Positions 18,947 through 31,892 of a DNA stretch of 32,000 nucleotides are shown here, in pieces. Where the stretch lies: NCBI RefSeq assembly GCF_037565025.1, contig NZ_CP148423.1. One strand, 5' to 3'. A model generated the notes under the pieces. It was not told the DNA's origin. It saw only the letters and a program-made list of their open reading frames with translations, and did not search any database. The DNA is from Escherichia coli. GTDB lineage: Bacteria > Pseudomonadota > Gammaproteobacteria > Enterobacterales > Enterobacteriaceae. The first letter of the stretch is position 1. The number at the start of each line of letters is the position of its first letter. The translations under genes were made by a program, and so were the position numbers.

Positions 18947-19162
18947 ATGATGAAAAAAGAAACAAAACGTGGAGACACAACCGTAAGAATCAACGAAGAC
19001 AGAAAACTGGAGCTAAAGCGAAGAGTGCTGGAAATCGGCAATAAGACCGGTGAGCTACTAAAACCATCAGAAATAGTTAATCACTTAATAGATAATTACT
19101 TAGATGAGGCCGTGAAAGATTTAATAAGCAGAGAAGAGCTTAAGAAAAAAAGAGCAATGTGA
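18947..19162 (+). CDS. Small ribbon-helix-helix-like regulator, divergent from rep (position analogous to RstR of CTXphi)
   Basis: In the 71-aa ORF, TTVRINEDRKLELKRRVLEIGNKTGELLKPSEIVNHLIDNYLDEA fits a beta-alpha-alpha pattern. Confidence 0.5.
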   Translation: MMKKETKRGDTTVRINEDRKLELKRRVLEIGNKTGELLKPSEIVNHLIDNYLDEAVKDLISREELKKKRAM

Positions 19163-19218
19163 TTCCTTTCCCGGCATCGAACAGGCGGGCTGACAAAGAT
19201 CAAACAGAGGTGGTAAAA

Positions 19219-19407
19219 ATGCCAACAAAGCACATAAATGATGTTTTATGGAGAAAGGTAGAGAAAGAAACTGTAAAAGTGGTAACAACGCTGGCAATAC
19301 CAGTAAAAGACACCAAAGTTTTAGAATGGATAATCGCAAAAGGACTGGAGTCTATAACAGAAGATGACTACAGGAAATTTGCAAAGACGGATGCAACAAA
19401 AAAATAA
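19219..19407 (+). CDS. Second small ribbon-helix-helix-like protein, 62 aa
   Basis: The ATG at 19219 has a GAGGTGG Shine-Dalgarno. The protein reads MPTKHINDVLWRKVEKETVKVV...VLEWIIAKGLESI. The track gives a GTG-started 82-aa version from 19159. Confidence 0.45.
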   Translation: MPTKHINDVLWRKVEKETVKVVTTLAIPVKDTKVLEWIIAKGLESITEDDYRKFAKTDATKK

Positions 19408-19449
19408 CATCATAGTTACCTATCGATACGAAGATTGCTAAGAAGCAAT

Positions 19450-19605
19450 ATGCAGACAACCAGTGACTTAATCCTTGACCTGCTGATAAAGCATTTTGTT
19501 GTGGGTAGCATCACAGGCATGACAATATTCAGCCTGATAACGCTTGTCCTACCGTTGGTGATGACCATACACAACAAACTAAGTAAGGACACTGAAATCT
19601 TTTAA
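19450..19605 (+). CDS. Possible 51-aa membrane peptide (below the ORF-track size cutoff)
   Basis: MQTTSDLILDLLIKHFVVGSITGMTIFSLITLVLPLVMTIHNKLSKDTEIF has one clear hydrophobic helix. The Shine-Dalgarno is weak. Confidence 0.3.
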   Translation: MQTTSDLILDLLIKHFVVGSITGMTIFSLITLVLPLVMTIHNKLSKDTEIF

Positions 19606-19610
19606 GATTC

Positions 19611-19704
19611 AGTGCGCACAATGACGTTATGTATAAAAAGGCCGCTGCGGTGGAGAGTATCGCAGCGGCCTTTTCAACATAACGCATGTCACATTATGCG
19701 CACT
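19611..19704. other. Phage attachment region: two inverted dif-like half sites flanking a GC hairpin (forked-hairpin attP of CTXphi type); the stem also looks like a terminator for the plus-strand regulators
   Basis: The sequence is AGTGCGCACAATGACGTTATGTATAAAAAGGCCGCTGCG-[GTGGAGAGTAT]-CGCAGCGGCCTTTTCAACATAACGCATGTCACATTATGCGCACT. Four helices can pair:
- 10 bp of GC stem
- 4 A:T pairs
- GTTATGT with ACATAAC
- a 13-bp XerC-arm helix with one mismatch.
An asymmetric bubble (AC versus GCATGTCA) lies where the central region would be. Confidence 0.7.
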
Positions 19705-19781
19705 GCAATAAAATGCGGTAAAAACAGACTGAAAGCGACACCGACCGTGTCCTGATCTGATAATCCCACCTCAGACGGCAC

Positions 19782-21035
<1,254 letters not shown>

Positions 21036-21051
21036 TTATGTCTGTTCCGTT

Positions 21052-21113
21052 CTCTTCCGCTTCCTCGTTTATTCGCTCACTACGTTCGGTCATAAACCTG
21101 CGGCGAGCGGTAT
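21052..21113 (-). other. ColE1 origin-flank-like candidate single-strand initiation signal, copy 2
   Basis: Same sequence as 12720-12781. Confidence 0.45.
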
Positions 21114-21123
21114 TTGCTCTCTC

Positions 21124-22335
<1,212 letters not shown>

Positions 22336-22344
22336 TAACCAACC

Positions 22345-22690
22345 TTATTTAACGAGTGTGACAATATAACGATAAATCTTGTCTTTCATATTAAAAAGAA
22401 AAGACGTAAGCTCAGCCATTAATACAATGTTTGCGCACGATGAAATGTTGCCAGGCAAATAACTGAAACCAGCGGCAATAAACTTATTAGACAAGGCAGA
22501 AAACGACACGCTATTAATGATTTCATTTGCAGTAGCAATAAAGGCAGAGCATAACGCAATTGAAAATATAAGATAAGCAGCACTCCCTGAACAGGAAGAC
22601 AAAAAGGGAAAAAAGTTTCTTAAGAAAAGGAAGAAACCTGCGCATTAAAACAAGAATAAATGAGAAAACAAACTGAACAAGAACAGTCAT
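22345..22690 (-). pseudogene. Gene VI homologue with the same frame interruption, copy 2
   Basis: Same sequence as 14013-14358, including the T6C3T5 run. Confidence 0.65.
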
Positions 22691-22692
22691 GA

Positions 22693-24030
22693 TTACAACT
22701 CCGAATTACGAAGCAAAGAGCGACGAAAAACAGAATAAACTCTCAACATGGTAAACAAATAAAGAGCATACTCAAAAATTGGTCTGATATCATAATCATA
22801 CAATGATGAAAAATCAGTTGTATCAATTGAAAAAGGCACTTCCCCAATCACCGGAAGAGAAAACGAAAAGTTAACCTCAAGTGGTTGGGCGGAAACAGAT
22901 GAACCTTGTCCAGAAGAAAAAAATAACTTATCAAAATCAATAAACAACCACTCCTTAGGCAACTTATCAATAAATACAGATGTCAGGGAATTGTAATCAT
23001 CCGTTGAATCTTCATTATCCCCCTTGAGAAGATTGGTCAGCTGGTTATCAAAAGTATTCAATGAGTTATTTAAATCATCCTGAGAAAGAGAAAAAAAACT
23101 ATTCAGGTCATTCACTGAAGACCAAATCTTCTGTAACCAGCCAAGAATATCACCATGCCAGCCATCATTATCACCGGAATTGCTGCCGCCGGATGAGCCA
23201 CCGGAAGAACCACCGCCGGATGAGCCACCGGAGGAACCGCCGCCAGATGAGCCACCGGAAGAACCGCCGCCGGATGAGCCACCGGAGGAACCGCCGCCAG
23301 ATGAGCCACCGGAGGAACCGCCGCCAGATGAGCCACCGGAAGAACCGCCGCCGGATGAGCCACCGGAAGAACCGCCGCCGGATGAGCCACCGGAGGAACC
23401 GCCGCCAGATGAGCCACCGGAGGAACCACCACCGGAAGAACCGCCGCCAGTATTACCGTTATCGCCTTTATCTTCTGTATCTTCTTTATCAGAATAAGAC
23501 GGATTAACAGTTACAGGTTTCCATGTTGCGGAACAGTGGGTTGAATCATCAGAACAAGAAATAACGTCACCAGTTGCCTCATAAATGCATCCATGAATGG
23601 TGACATATTTATTTCCTTTATCATCCATATAAACATCTGACAAATTAGCATTAATCTCAGGACGGGATAAACAAACCTCTTCCGTGGGTTTAGCTGAAAA
23701 CGAAGCACCTAAAAAACTTCCGTAATAACTGTCTTTACACTGAGAGTATACCTTAACACCATCTTCATAATGATACGCTTTATAAGTGCTCCAGTTACCT
23801 GTCACAAGAGAAGCTGACATTCCAGGTATTTGAGTACTACTACTATAAGAGGTGGAACAATAAAATGTATCACCAGAGCAGGTTTCATATCCGTATGTAC
23901 AGTCAACCCCACCCGGAGAAGCGACTGCAAAATAAGTACCCGATGTACTGCCAAGATGTTCTGTCGTTGAAGCTGCATATGCAGAATAAAATGAAAAAAC
24001 AGCAACAAGAAAAATAAATATGTATGCCAA
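22693..24030 (-). CDS. pIII-like adsorption protein, copy 2 (differs from copy 1 by two Asp to Asn substitutions)
   Basis: Copy 2 reads VTVNPSYSD and QLTNLLKGD where copy 1 reads VTVDPSYSD and QLTDLLKGD. The plus-strand bases are T at 23505 and 23034 versus C at 15173 and 14702. Confidence 0.8.
   Translation of the reverse strand: MAYIFIFLVAVFSFYSAYAASTTEHLGSTSGTYFAVASPGGVDCTYGYETCSGDTFYCSTSYSSSTQIPGMSASLVTGNWSTYKAYHYEDGVKVYSQCKDSYYGSFLGASFSAKPTEEVCLSRPEINANLSDVYMDDKGNKYVTIHGCIYEATGDVISCSDDSTHCSATWKPVTVNPSYSDKEDTEDKGDNGNTGGGSSGGGSSGGSSGGGSSGGSSGGGSSGGSSGGGSSGGSSGGGSSGGSSGGGSSGGSSGGGSSGGSSGGGSSGGSSGGGSSGGSSGGSNSGDNDGWHGDILGWLQKIWSSVNDLNSFFSLSQDDLNNSLNTFDNQLTNLLKGDNEDSTDDYNSLTSVFIDKLPKEWLFIDFDKLFFSSGQGSSVSAQPLEVNFSFSLPVIGEVPFSIDTTDFSSLYDYDIRPIFEYALYLFTMLRVYSVFRRSLLRNSEL
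23183..23449 (-). repeat. 27-bp Gly/Ser-linker tandem repeat, copy 2
   Basis: Same unit count as copy 1, judged from the identical linker translation. Confidence 0.9.
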
Positions 24031-24050
24031 AACTCACCCCCTGAACAAGC

Positions 24051-24074
24051 AAAAAAAGCGCCCCGAAGGGCGCT
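24051..24074 (-). terminator. Rho-independent terminator after the major coat gene, copy 2
   Basis: Same sequence as 15719-15742. Confidence 0.75.
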
Positions 24075-24089
24075 GTCATCAAATCATTA

Positions 24090-24350
<261 letters not shown>

Positions 24351-24357
24351 TTAAAGT

Positions 24358-24528
24358 TTAATTGACAACATCGCTGAACATCCGGCAAACCAGCGTAAAT
24401 ATAACGCCAAGGCCAAAACCAAGAAGCCAGCAGACAATCCAGACATACAGAACGGCCCAGTAAAGCTCCCCGTCCTGTACACCAGAATTTATTGCGGATA
24501 AAACACCGCTGAAATCGAATTCAGTCAT
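24358..24528 (-). CDS. Small hydrophobic protein (56 aa), copy 2
   Basis: Identical to 16026-16196. Confidence 0.45.
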   Translation of the reverse strand: MTEFDFSGVLSAINSGVQDGELYWAVLYVWIVCWLLGFGLGVIFTLVCRMFSDVVN

Positions 24529-24661
24529 AATAACGCTGAACAGTAATGATTTGTGAGTCACAGGCGCGAATCAGTTTTATTCCAATGTCAAAACCTGAAG
24601 AAAATAAAATCATTGCAGGCGCAGCGAATAAAACAAAGTTCAGAAAATCAGCGTCAGACAT
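24521..24661 (-). CDS. Small hydrophobic protein (46 aa), copy 2
   Basis: Identical to 16189-16329. Confidence 0.45.
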   Translation of the reverse strand: MSDADFLNFVLFAAPAMILFSSGFDIGIKLIRACDSQIITVQRYYD

Positions 24662-24665
24662 ATCA

Positions 24666-25091
24666 TCAGCCTTTTTCTTTACCTGCGGGCAGTGCACCCA
24701 GTGGCTGACCGTCAAAACGTTTCATGGAGCCGGAAATAAAACGATACCAGACGCCATGACGTTCAGAGCCTGTCGACCATGAATTCACATCCACCGTGAG
24801 ATAAACCGGTTTACCTTTCAGGTCAGGACATGAATTAAAAAATTTAAAATCCTCCTCAGTACAGGAAAAGCGCTCATGCTCCTCACGGCGGACTTTTAAT
24901 TTACGGTCCTCATAGGGATAGCCAATAACAATGGCATATTTGGGTTTGGCCTCAGGGTTATAATGAGAACCTGTGGGTTTTAACTCCTCATCATTTATAA
25001 CAGTGACGTGAGTAAAATATCCCGCCATTGTCATACCTGTCGCGAAACCTTCAGGTACAGGAAACGGAAAACTGTCGTAAAAATCACTCAT
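24666..25091 (-). CDS. Gene V-position 141-aa protein, copy 2
   Basis: Identical to 16334-16759. Confidence 0.4.
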   Translation of the reverse strand: MSDFYDSFPFPVPEGFATGMTMAGYFTHVTVINDEELKPTGSHYNPEAKPKYAIVIGYPYEDRKLKVRREEHERFSCTEEDFKFFNSCPDLKGKPVYLTVDVNSWSTGSERHGVWYRFISGSMKRFDGQPLGALPAGKEKG

Positions 25092-25121
25092 AAATCAGAC
25101 TCCTCAATGTTAAAAATTCAG

Positions 25122-27164
<2,043 letters not shown>

Positions 27165-27179
27165 TTACCGCATGCGCGC

Positions 27180-27209
27180 ATCATATTCTCATTTAAGGCA
27201 TCATGTAAA
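27180..27209 (-). promoter_or_regulatory. Candidate rep promoter with flanking CCGCATGCG inverted 9-mers, copy 2
   Basis: Same sequence as 18848-18877. Confidence 0.4.
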
Positions 27210-27278
27210 TACGCATGCGGCATACAGGCGTAAAAAAAATGGAATAATCAAATCCTGTTAAAAGGAAATAGGCAGAAA

Positions 27279-27494
27279 ATGATGAAAAAAGAAACAAAAC
27301 GTGGAGACACAACCGTAAGAATCAACGAAGACAGAAAACTGGAGCTAAAGCGAAGAGTGCTGGAAATCGGCAATAAGACCGGTGAGCTACTAAAACCATC
27401 AGAAATAGTTAATCACTTAATAGATAATTACTTAGATGAGGCCGTGAAAGATTTAATAAGCAGAGAAGAGCTTAAGAAAAAAAGAGCAATGTGA
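27279..27494 (+). CDS. Ribbon-helix-helix-like regulator, copy 2
   Basis: Identical to 18947-19162. Confidence 0.5.
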   Translation: MMKKETKRGDTTVRINEDRKLELKRRVLEIGNKTGELLKPSEIVNHLIDNYLDEAVKDLISREELKKKRAM

Positions 27495-27550
27495 TTCCTT
27501 TCCCGGCATCGAACAGGCGGGCTGACAAAGATCAAACAGAGGTGGTAAAA

Positions 27551-27739
27551 ATGCCAACAAAGCACATAAATGATGTTTTATGGAGAAAGGTAGAGAAAGA
27601 AACTGTAAAAGTGGTAACAACGCTGGCAATACCAGTAAAAGACACCAAAGTTTTAGAATGGATAATCGCAAAAGGACTGGAGTCTATAACAGAAGATGAC
27701 TACAGGAAATTTGCAAAGACGGATGCAACAAAAAAATAA
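27551..27739 (+). CDS. Second ribbon-helix-helix-like protein, copy 2
   Basis: Identical to 19219-19407. Confidence 0.45.
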   Translation: MPTKHINDVLWRKVEKETVKVVTTLAIPVKDTKVLEWIIAKGLESITEDDYRKFAKTDATKK

Positions 27740-27781
27740 CATCATAGTTACCTATCGATACGAAGATTGCTAAGAAGCAAT

Positions 27782-27937
27782 ATGCAGACAACCAGTGACT
27801 TAATCCTTGACCTGCTGATAAAGCATTTTGTTGTGGGTAGCATCACAGGCATGACAATATTCAGCCTGATAACGCTTGTCCTACCGTTGGTGATGACCAT
27901 ACACAACAAACTAAGTAAGGACACTGAAATCTTTTAA
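27782..27937 (+). CDS. Possible 51-aa membrane peptide, copy 2
   Basis: Identical to 19450-19605. Confidence 0.3.
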   Translation: MQTTSDLILDLLIKHFVVGSITGMTIFSLITLVLPLVMTIHNKLSKDTEIF

Positions 27938-27942
27938 GATTC

Positions 27943-28036
27943 AGTGCGCACAATGACGTTATGTATAAAAAGGCCGCTGCGGTGGAGAGTATCGCAGCGG
28001 CCTTTTCAACATAACGCATGTTACATTATGCGCACC
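27943..28036. other. attP-derived hairpin region forming the right prophage-chromosome junction (degenerate dif-like site)
   Basis: Same as 19611-19704 apart from two bases: T at 28022 (C at 19690), and C at 28036, which restores the chromosomal GGTGCGCATAA XerC arm. The spacer to the XerD-like arm is 11 nt, so the site is unlikely to be functional as duplex DNA. Confidence 0.7.
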
Positions 28037-28112
28037 AGTATAAACCAAGGAAGAATCCAGTCGTTGGCGGTCATGATTGTCGTGCTCATTAACAACGACC
28101 AAACCCCATATC

Positions 28113-29435
28113 TCACTTACTACCGTATTCTCGGCTTAACCGTCCATGCAACCTCAACACATTGGTTTCAACTGCCGTCACCACGTTCTCCGGAAAATCT
28201 GTCGGTAATGAAGTCTTCACGTTATCCAGTGCTGCCGGAATCATTCTGGCAAAGTCACTTAGGATTTCATGCATCTGCACTTCCGGGAATCTCAGCACCT
28301 TTGCTGTCGCCAAAAAATGTCGCGGATAAATTTTATCGATTGCCGTTTTTTTGCCTTTGGATGCGTTAAGCCCCATTGCCAGTTTGAGATCGCTGATGTG
28401 TATTCCCGTACCGCCAAGGACCGGAAATGCTGAAATGATGTCGTAAAATGGCGTGAGTCGATAACTGCCGCCAGCCTGAATAAATACGGAGAAGTTTTTT
28501 GCATGGCCATCCGTTGCGCCAATCAACCACTGGAAGACCTGGAATTTCATAAAATCATAACGATCGCGAAGCGCCTCGCTGGACCCCATCAAAAACGCCA
28601 TGATCCGCGCGATGCCTGGGCCTCCATCTGATTCATATTTCACAGATGAAGGTAAACCGAATGTCTGACACATATCCTCCTGTGGCAAGCGAAGTAAAAC
28701 CGTTCGCTCAGTATTCCAACGCCTGTCAAAACGTTCGACCGCTAACGCGCGCACCCTTCCCGCTTTAATGATTTCTGCGTCCGGAACATTCAACCCAACT
28801 TCTTTCGCCAGCAGCAGACAGTAATACTCATTATCAACGCTTTGGCTGAGATCGAGCGTCGCATTGGGCTGCCTGATTTCGCCAATCGGTAATTTAATGA
28901 TGTGCGTCGTCGGCGTTATTCCTTTCGGAATGCACCAGTCATTGCCTATTCTAAGCAGCGCTGTCTTCTCCTGCGCGCCAGCAACCGAGATGCGAAAGTC
29001 ATTTTCTTCTCTAATCATGCCCAGAGGGATATCTGCTTTATAAGCCGTTAATACTTCTTCAAGCCTGGCTTCAGTAAGCTTTTCCCATGCCATTATCGGG
29101 CGTGTTATGGTTTCATTTTCGGGTAATAACGTTACGGCACCAACGCTGTCTCGCCCTATTTCTGACAATAAATCAAACGGTTGTCTGGATTTAGCATGAT
29201 AACGTTTAACGATCCGGTCACGTACAATCGGGCTATCGGGTAACAGGTTATCGAAGAAGTTAAATACGGCATCTGAGGTGATATTCCCCCTCTGCAATGG
29301 CAGCGAAAGTGACAACGGTCTGGCATAACGGCTGGCTAACCACTCCGGTGCATACTTAAAGGTGTGCGCGCCGTTGGCTAACTTCGTTAACTCGCCTACC
29401 CGCTGGTTGTTCATCCAAGTGACAAGTTTAGGCAT
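28113..29435 (-). CDS. hipA: HipA serine/threonine kinase toxin (type II toxin-antitoxin, persistence)
   Basis: The 440-aa ORF from MPKLVTWMNNQRVGELTKLANGAHTFKYAPEWL matches K-12 HipA as I recall it. It carries the ISVAGAQEKTAL autophosphorylation-site region and the catalytic ATDGHAKN. The track ORF starts 19 codons too early. Confidence 0.95.
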   Translation of the reverse strand: MPKLVTWMNNQRVGELTKLANGAHTFKYAPEWLASRYARPLSLSLPLQRGNITSDAVFNFFDNLLPDSPIVRDRIVKRYHAKSRQPFDLLSEIGRDSVGAVTLLPENETITRPIMAWEKLTEARLEEVLTAYKADIPLGMIREENDFRISVAGAQEKTALLRIGNDWCIPKGITPTTHIIKLPIGEIRQPNATLDLSQSVDNEYYCLLLAKEVGLNVPDAEIIKAGRVRALAVERFDRRWNTERTVLLRLPQEDMCQTFGLPSSVKYESDGGPGIARIMAFLMGSSEALRDRYDFMKFQVFQWLIGATDGHAKNFSVFIQAGGSYRLTPFYDIISAFPVLGGTGIHISDLKLAMGLNASKGKKTAIDKIYPRHFLATAKVLRFPEVQMHEILSDFARMIPAALDNVKTSLPTDFPENVVTAVETNVLRLHGRLSREYGSK

Positions 29436-29701
29436 TACCACTCCAGATCTTGCTGTTCTGTTGATTCTGGCGAGGCATTTTTCGTGTCGCATAGTGTCAT
29501 TGAGAGTTCAAGCGACTGTAAAATCTTAAAAAATGTCGTGAGCGTGGTATTGTCAGGGTTGTTTTCGAAATTGGAAATTGTCGCCTGCTTAATGCCAATT
29601 TTTTTCGCCAGCTCGCTCTGCGTCCAGCCATTTTGCTGGCGAACCAGTTTCATTGCATTCGCTAATTGCGTTGGGCTATAGATCTTCTGAAAGCTCATCA
29701 T
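29435..29701 (-). CDS. hipB: HipB antitoxin / HTH repressor
   Basis: The 88-aa ORF reads MMSFQKIYSPTQLANAMKLVRQQNGWTQSELAKKIGIKQATISNFENNPDN.... Its stop overlaps the hipA start by 1 nt, as in K-12. Confidence 0.95.
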   Translation of the reverse strand: MMSFQKIYSPTQLANAMKLVRQQNGWTQSELAKKIGIKQATISNFENNPDNTTLTTFFKILQSLELSMTLCDTKNASPESTEQQDLEW

Positions 29702-29722
29702 GTCATACGTCCATAGCAAATT

Positions 29723-29836
29723 TATCCGCTTAAGGGGATATTATCAGTTTTATCCTTTAGTGAGGATAAAGTCAATCTGGAAACACATCTTATCCGCTGT
29801 ACGGGATAAACGCTGCGATATCCGCGATCGCGGATA
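29723..29836 (-). promoter_or_regulatory. hipBA promoter region with four HipB operators (TATCC-N8-GGATA)
   Basis: TATCCGCTTAAGGGGATA lies at 29723-29740. TATCCTTTAGTGAGGATA lies at 29751-29768. TATCCGCTGTACGGGATA lies at 29791-29808. TATCCGCGATCGCGGATA lies at 29819-29836. Confidence 0.9.
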
Positions 29837-30009
29837 AAAGGGAGGCTTTAAAAAAGCACATCCTAATGCGGTGGCTTCTTTGACTACCGGAATCTGTAAT
29901 CTTTAATGACCGGGCCGCGTAAAAAACGTCTGTTCAATGGGTTGATGCCGTGAGGCGAATTCATCAGTTTTATCTACAATTGGGGTAACGCGCTGACGGG
30001 AGTAAATAA

Positions 30010-30768
30010 ATGTCTGACTGGAACCCCTCTTTATATCTGCACTTTGCCGCTGAACGATCGCGTCCGGCGGTGGAGCTGCTTGCCAGAGTACCGCTGGAGA
30101 ATATCGAATACGTTGCCGATCTTGGCTGTGGCCCAGGTAACAGCACCGCCCTTCTAAACCAACGTTGGCCTGCTGCCAGGATAACAGGCATCGACTCGTC
30201 TCCGGCGATGATTGCTGAAGCGCGCAGTGCTTTGCCAGACTGCCAGTTCGTGGAAGCAGACATCCGCAACTGGCAACCGGTACAGGCACTCGATCTGATT
30301 TTTGCTAATGCCTCACTGCAATGGCTGCCCGACCACTGCGAATTGTTTCCTCATCTGGTTTCTTTACTTAATCCGCAGGGCGTGCTGGCAGTACAGATGC
30401 CAGATAACTGGCTGGAGCCGACCCATGTGCTCATGCGCGAAGTTGCCTGGGAACAAAACTACCCGGATCGCGGGCGTGAGCCGTTGGCTGGCGTTCATGC
30501 TTACTACGATATTTTGAGCGAAGCCGGATGTGAGGTCGATATCTGGCGAACCACCTACTATCACCAGATGCCGTCACACCAGGCGATTATCGATTGGGTG
30601 ACCGCCACTGGATTACGTCCGTGGTTACAGGATCTGACCGAGAGCGAACAGCAGCTTTTTCTTAAGCGCTACCATCAGATGCTGGAAGAGCAGTATCCAC
30701 TGCAAGAGAACGGACAGATACTGCTGGCATTTCCGCGTCTTTTTATTGTTGCCCGCCGTACGGAGTAA
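30010..30768 (+). CDS. tam: Trans-aconitate 2-methyltransferase
   Basis: The 252-aa ORF begins [28 protein letters not shown] and has the SAM-binding motif [12 protein letters not shown]. Confidence 0.95.
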   Translation: MSDWNPSLYLHFAAERSRPAVELLARVPLENIEYVADLGCGPGNSTALLNQRWPAARITGIDSSPAMIAEARSALPDCQFVEADIRNWQPVQALDLIFANASLQWLPDHCELFPHLVSLLNPQGVLAVQMPDNWLEPTHVLMREVAWEQNYPDRGREPLAGVHAYYDILSEAGCEVDIWRTTYYHQMPSHQAIIDWVTATGLRPWLQDLTESEQQLFLKRYHQMLEEQYPLQENGQILLAFPRLFIVARRTE

Positions 30769-30771
30769 ATA

Positions 30772-31686
30772 TCACGTCAGCTGGTAATGACGATCGGGAA
30801 GAATTTTTGCTGGAATTTCGGCTTCATCGTTCATCTGTAACAGGTCAATTTCAATAGCGTTGCAGATGGCATCCAGCGGTAAATCATTGTTTTCAGTACC
30901 GAACGGATCTTCCAGTTCTTCCGCCAGACAATCCAGCGAAATAAAAGTGTAGGAAATCAGCACAGAGATAAAAGGCGTCATGTAATGCAGGTCCACGACC
31001 AGCGCGAACGGCAGCATGATACAAAACAGATAAACGGTACGATGCAAAATCAGGGTGTAGGCAAAGGGAATTGGCGTATAGGCAATGCGCTCGCATCCTG
31101 CCAGGACCGCTGAAATATCATTAAGCCGATCGTTGAGGCTAATAAACAGGATATCTGAAAGCTGCCCATTGCGGCGCTGAACCGCCAACCACTCCCCCAT
31201 TATTAACAAGATACGGTTAGCTGGAGAGTTCGAAGCCAGTACAGGCTGAAGATCTTCAGTCTTGAGATAATGAGCCAGCACTTCCGCCTGTGGCTGTTTG
31301 CGTAATGTCATGCGTAAACAGTGGGCGAAGGCGATTTGCAACCGGGCAAACTCCCTTACACTTGCCGAATCCGGCAATGTCGTTTTTACCTCGCGCAGTA
31401 ACGACCGTGAGGCAATCATCAACTGCCCCCAAAGTTTTCGCGCTTCAACGTAACGGGCGTACCCGGCATTATTACGAAAACCAAGAAAAATGGCGATGGC
31501 GACACCGAGAATGCTGAACGGTGCGAGGGTGAATTTGATGCCCAGATGCGTGTACCAGGGCAGCATGAAAATAACAGCGATAGAAAAGAGAAAATTGAGT
31601 AGTAAGCGCGATGATATCTTGGATAATACTGAGCCGTGCCAGACAAAAATACGGCGCAGCCAGTGTTGTTGTGGACGAACAATCAT
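30772..31686 (-). CDS. yneE: Bestrophin-family inner-membrane channel protein YneE
   Basis: The 304-aa ORF from MIVRPQQHWLRRIFVWHGSVLSK matches K-12 YneE as I recall it. The track ORF starts 17 codons upstream at a non-ATG codon. Confidence 0.9.
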   Translation of the reverse strand: MIVRPQQHWLRRIFVWHGSVLSKISSRLLLNFLFSIAVIFMLPWYTHLGIKFTLAPFSILGVAIAIFLGFRNNAGYARYVEARKLWGQLMIASRSLLREVKTTLPDSASVREFARLQIAFAHCLRMTLRKQPQAEVLAHYLKTEDLQPVLASNSPANRILLIMGEWLAVQRRNGQLSDILFISLNDRLNDISAVLAGCERIAYTPIPFAYTLILHRTVYLFCIMLPFALVVDLHYMTPFISVLISYTFISLDCLAEELEDPFGTENNDLPLDAICNAIEIDLLQMNDEAEIPAKILPDRHYQLT

Positions 31687-31855
31687 GGTTATCTTCAGGC
31701 GTGAAAAAGTCGCCCTATTAAACGTGATTACGATCACATTCTCAAGACGCTATTTACAAATTACCTACAAGCTTACAACATTAACAGGCGCTGCATGTGG
31801 CATCTGTTAATGATAAAGGCACATAGGATGTTGTAACTAATATAGTGAAATAAGA

Positions 31856-31875
31856 AACCCGGTCGAAACCGGGTT
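31856..31875 (-). terminator. Stem-loop downstream of uxaB (probable rho-independent terminator)
   Basis: AACCCGGT-cgaa-ACCGGGTT with a T-rich tract on the minus strand, 17 nt after the uxaB stop. Confidence 0.6.
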
Positions 31876-31892
31876 CAGAAGTAACGGTGTTA

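Noticed and set aside
19611-19638. A second dif-like sequence, AGTGCGCACAATGACGTTATGTATAAAA, as an independent functional dif
   Set aside because: Both arms have mismatches and the central region is 5 nt or out of register. It makes more sense as the partner strand of the attP hairpin.
28036-28112. A possible terminator hairpin (GTCGTTG...CAACGAC) between the right junction and the hipA stop
   Set aside because: The stem is short with a long loop and no clear T tract, so it is not convincing enough to annotate.
27944-28369. A 141-aa plus-strand ORF crossing the prophage-chromosome junction
   Set aside because: It starts inside the attP hairpin, runs across the junction and lies antisense to hipA. 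It is a chimeric chance ORF.
29903-30289. Minus-strand ORFs (128 aa and 99 aa) overlapping the tam start
   Set aside because: They lie antisense to the well-conserved tam gene and have no independent support.
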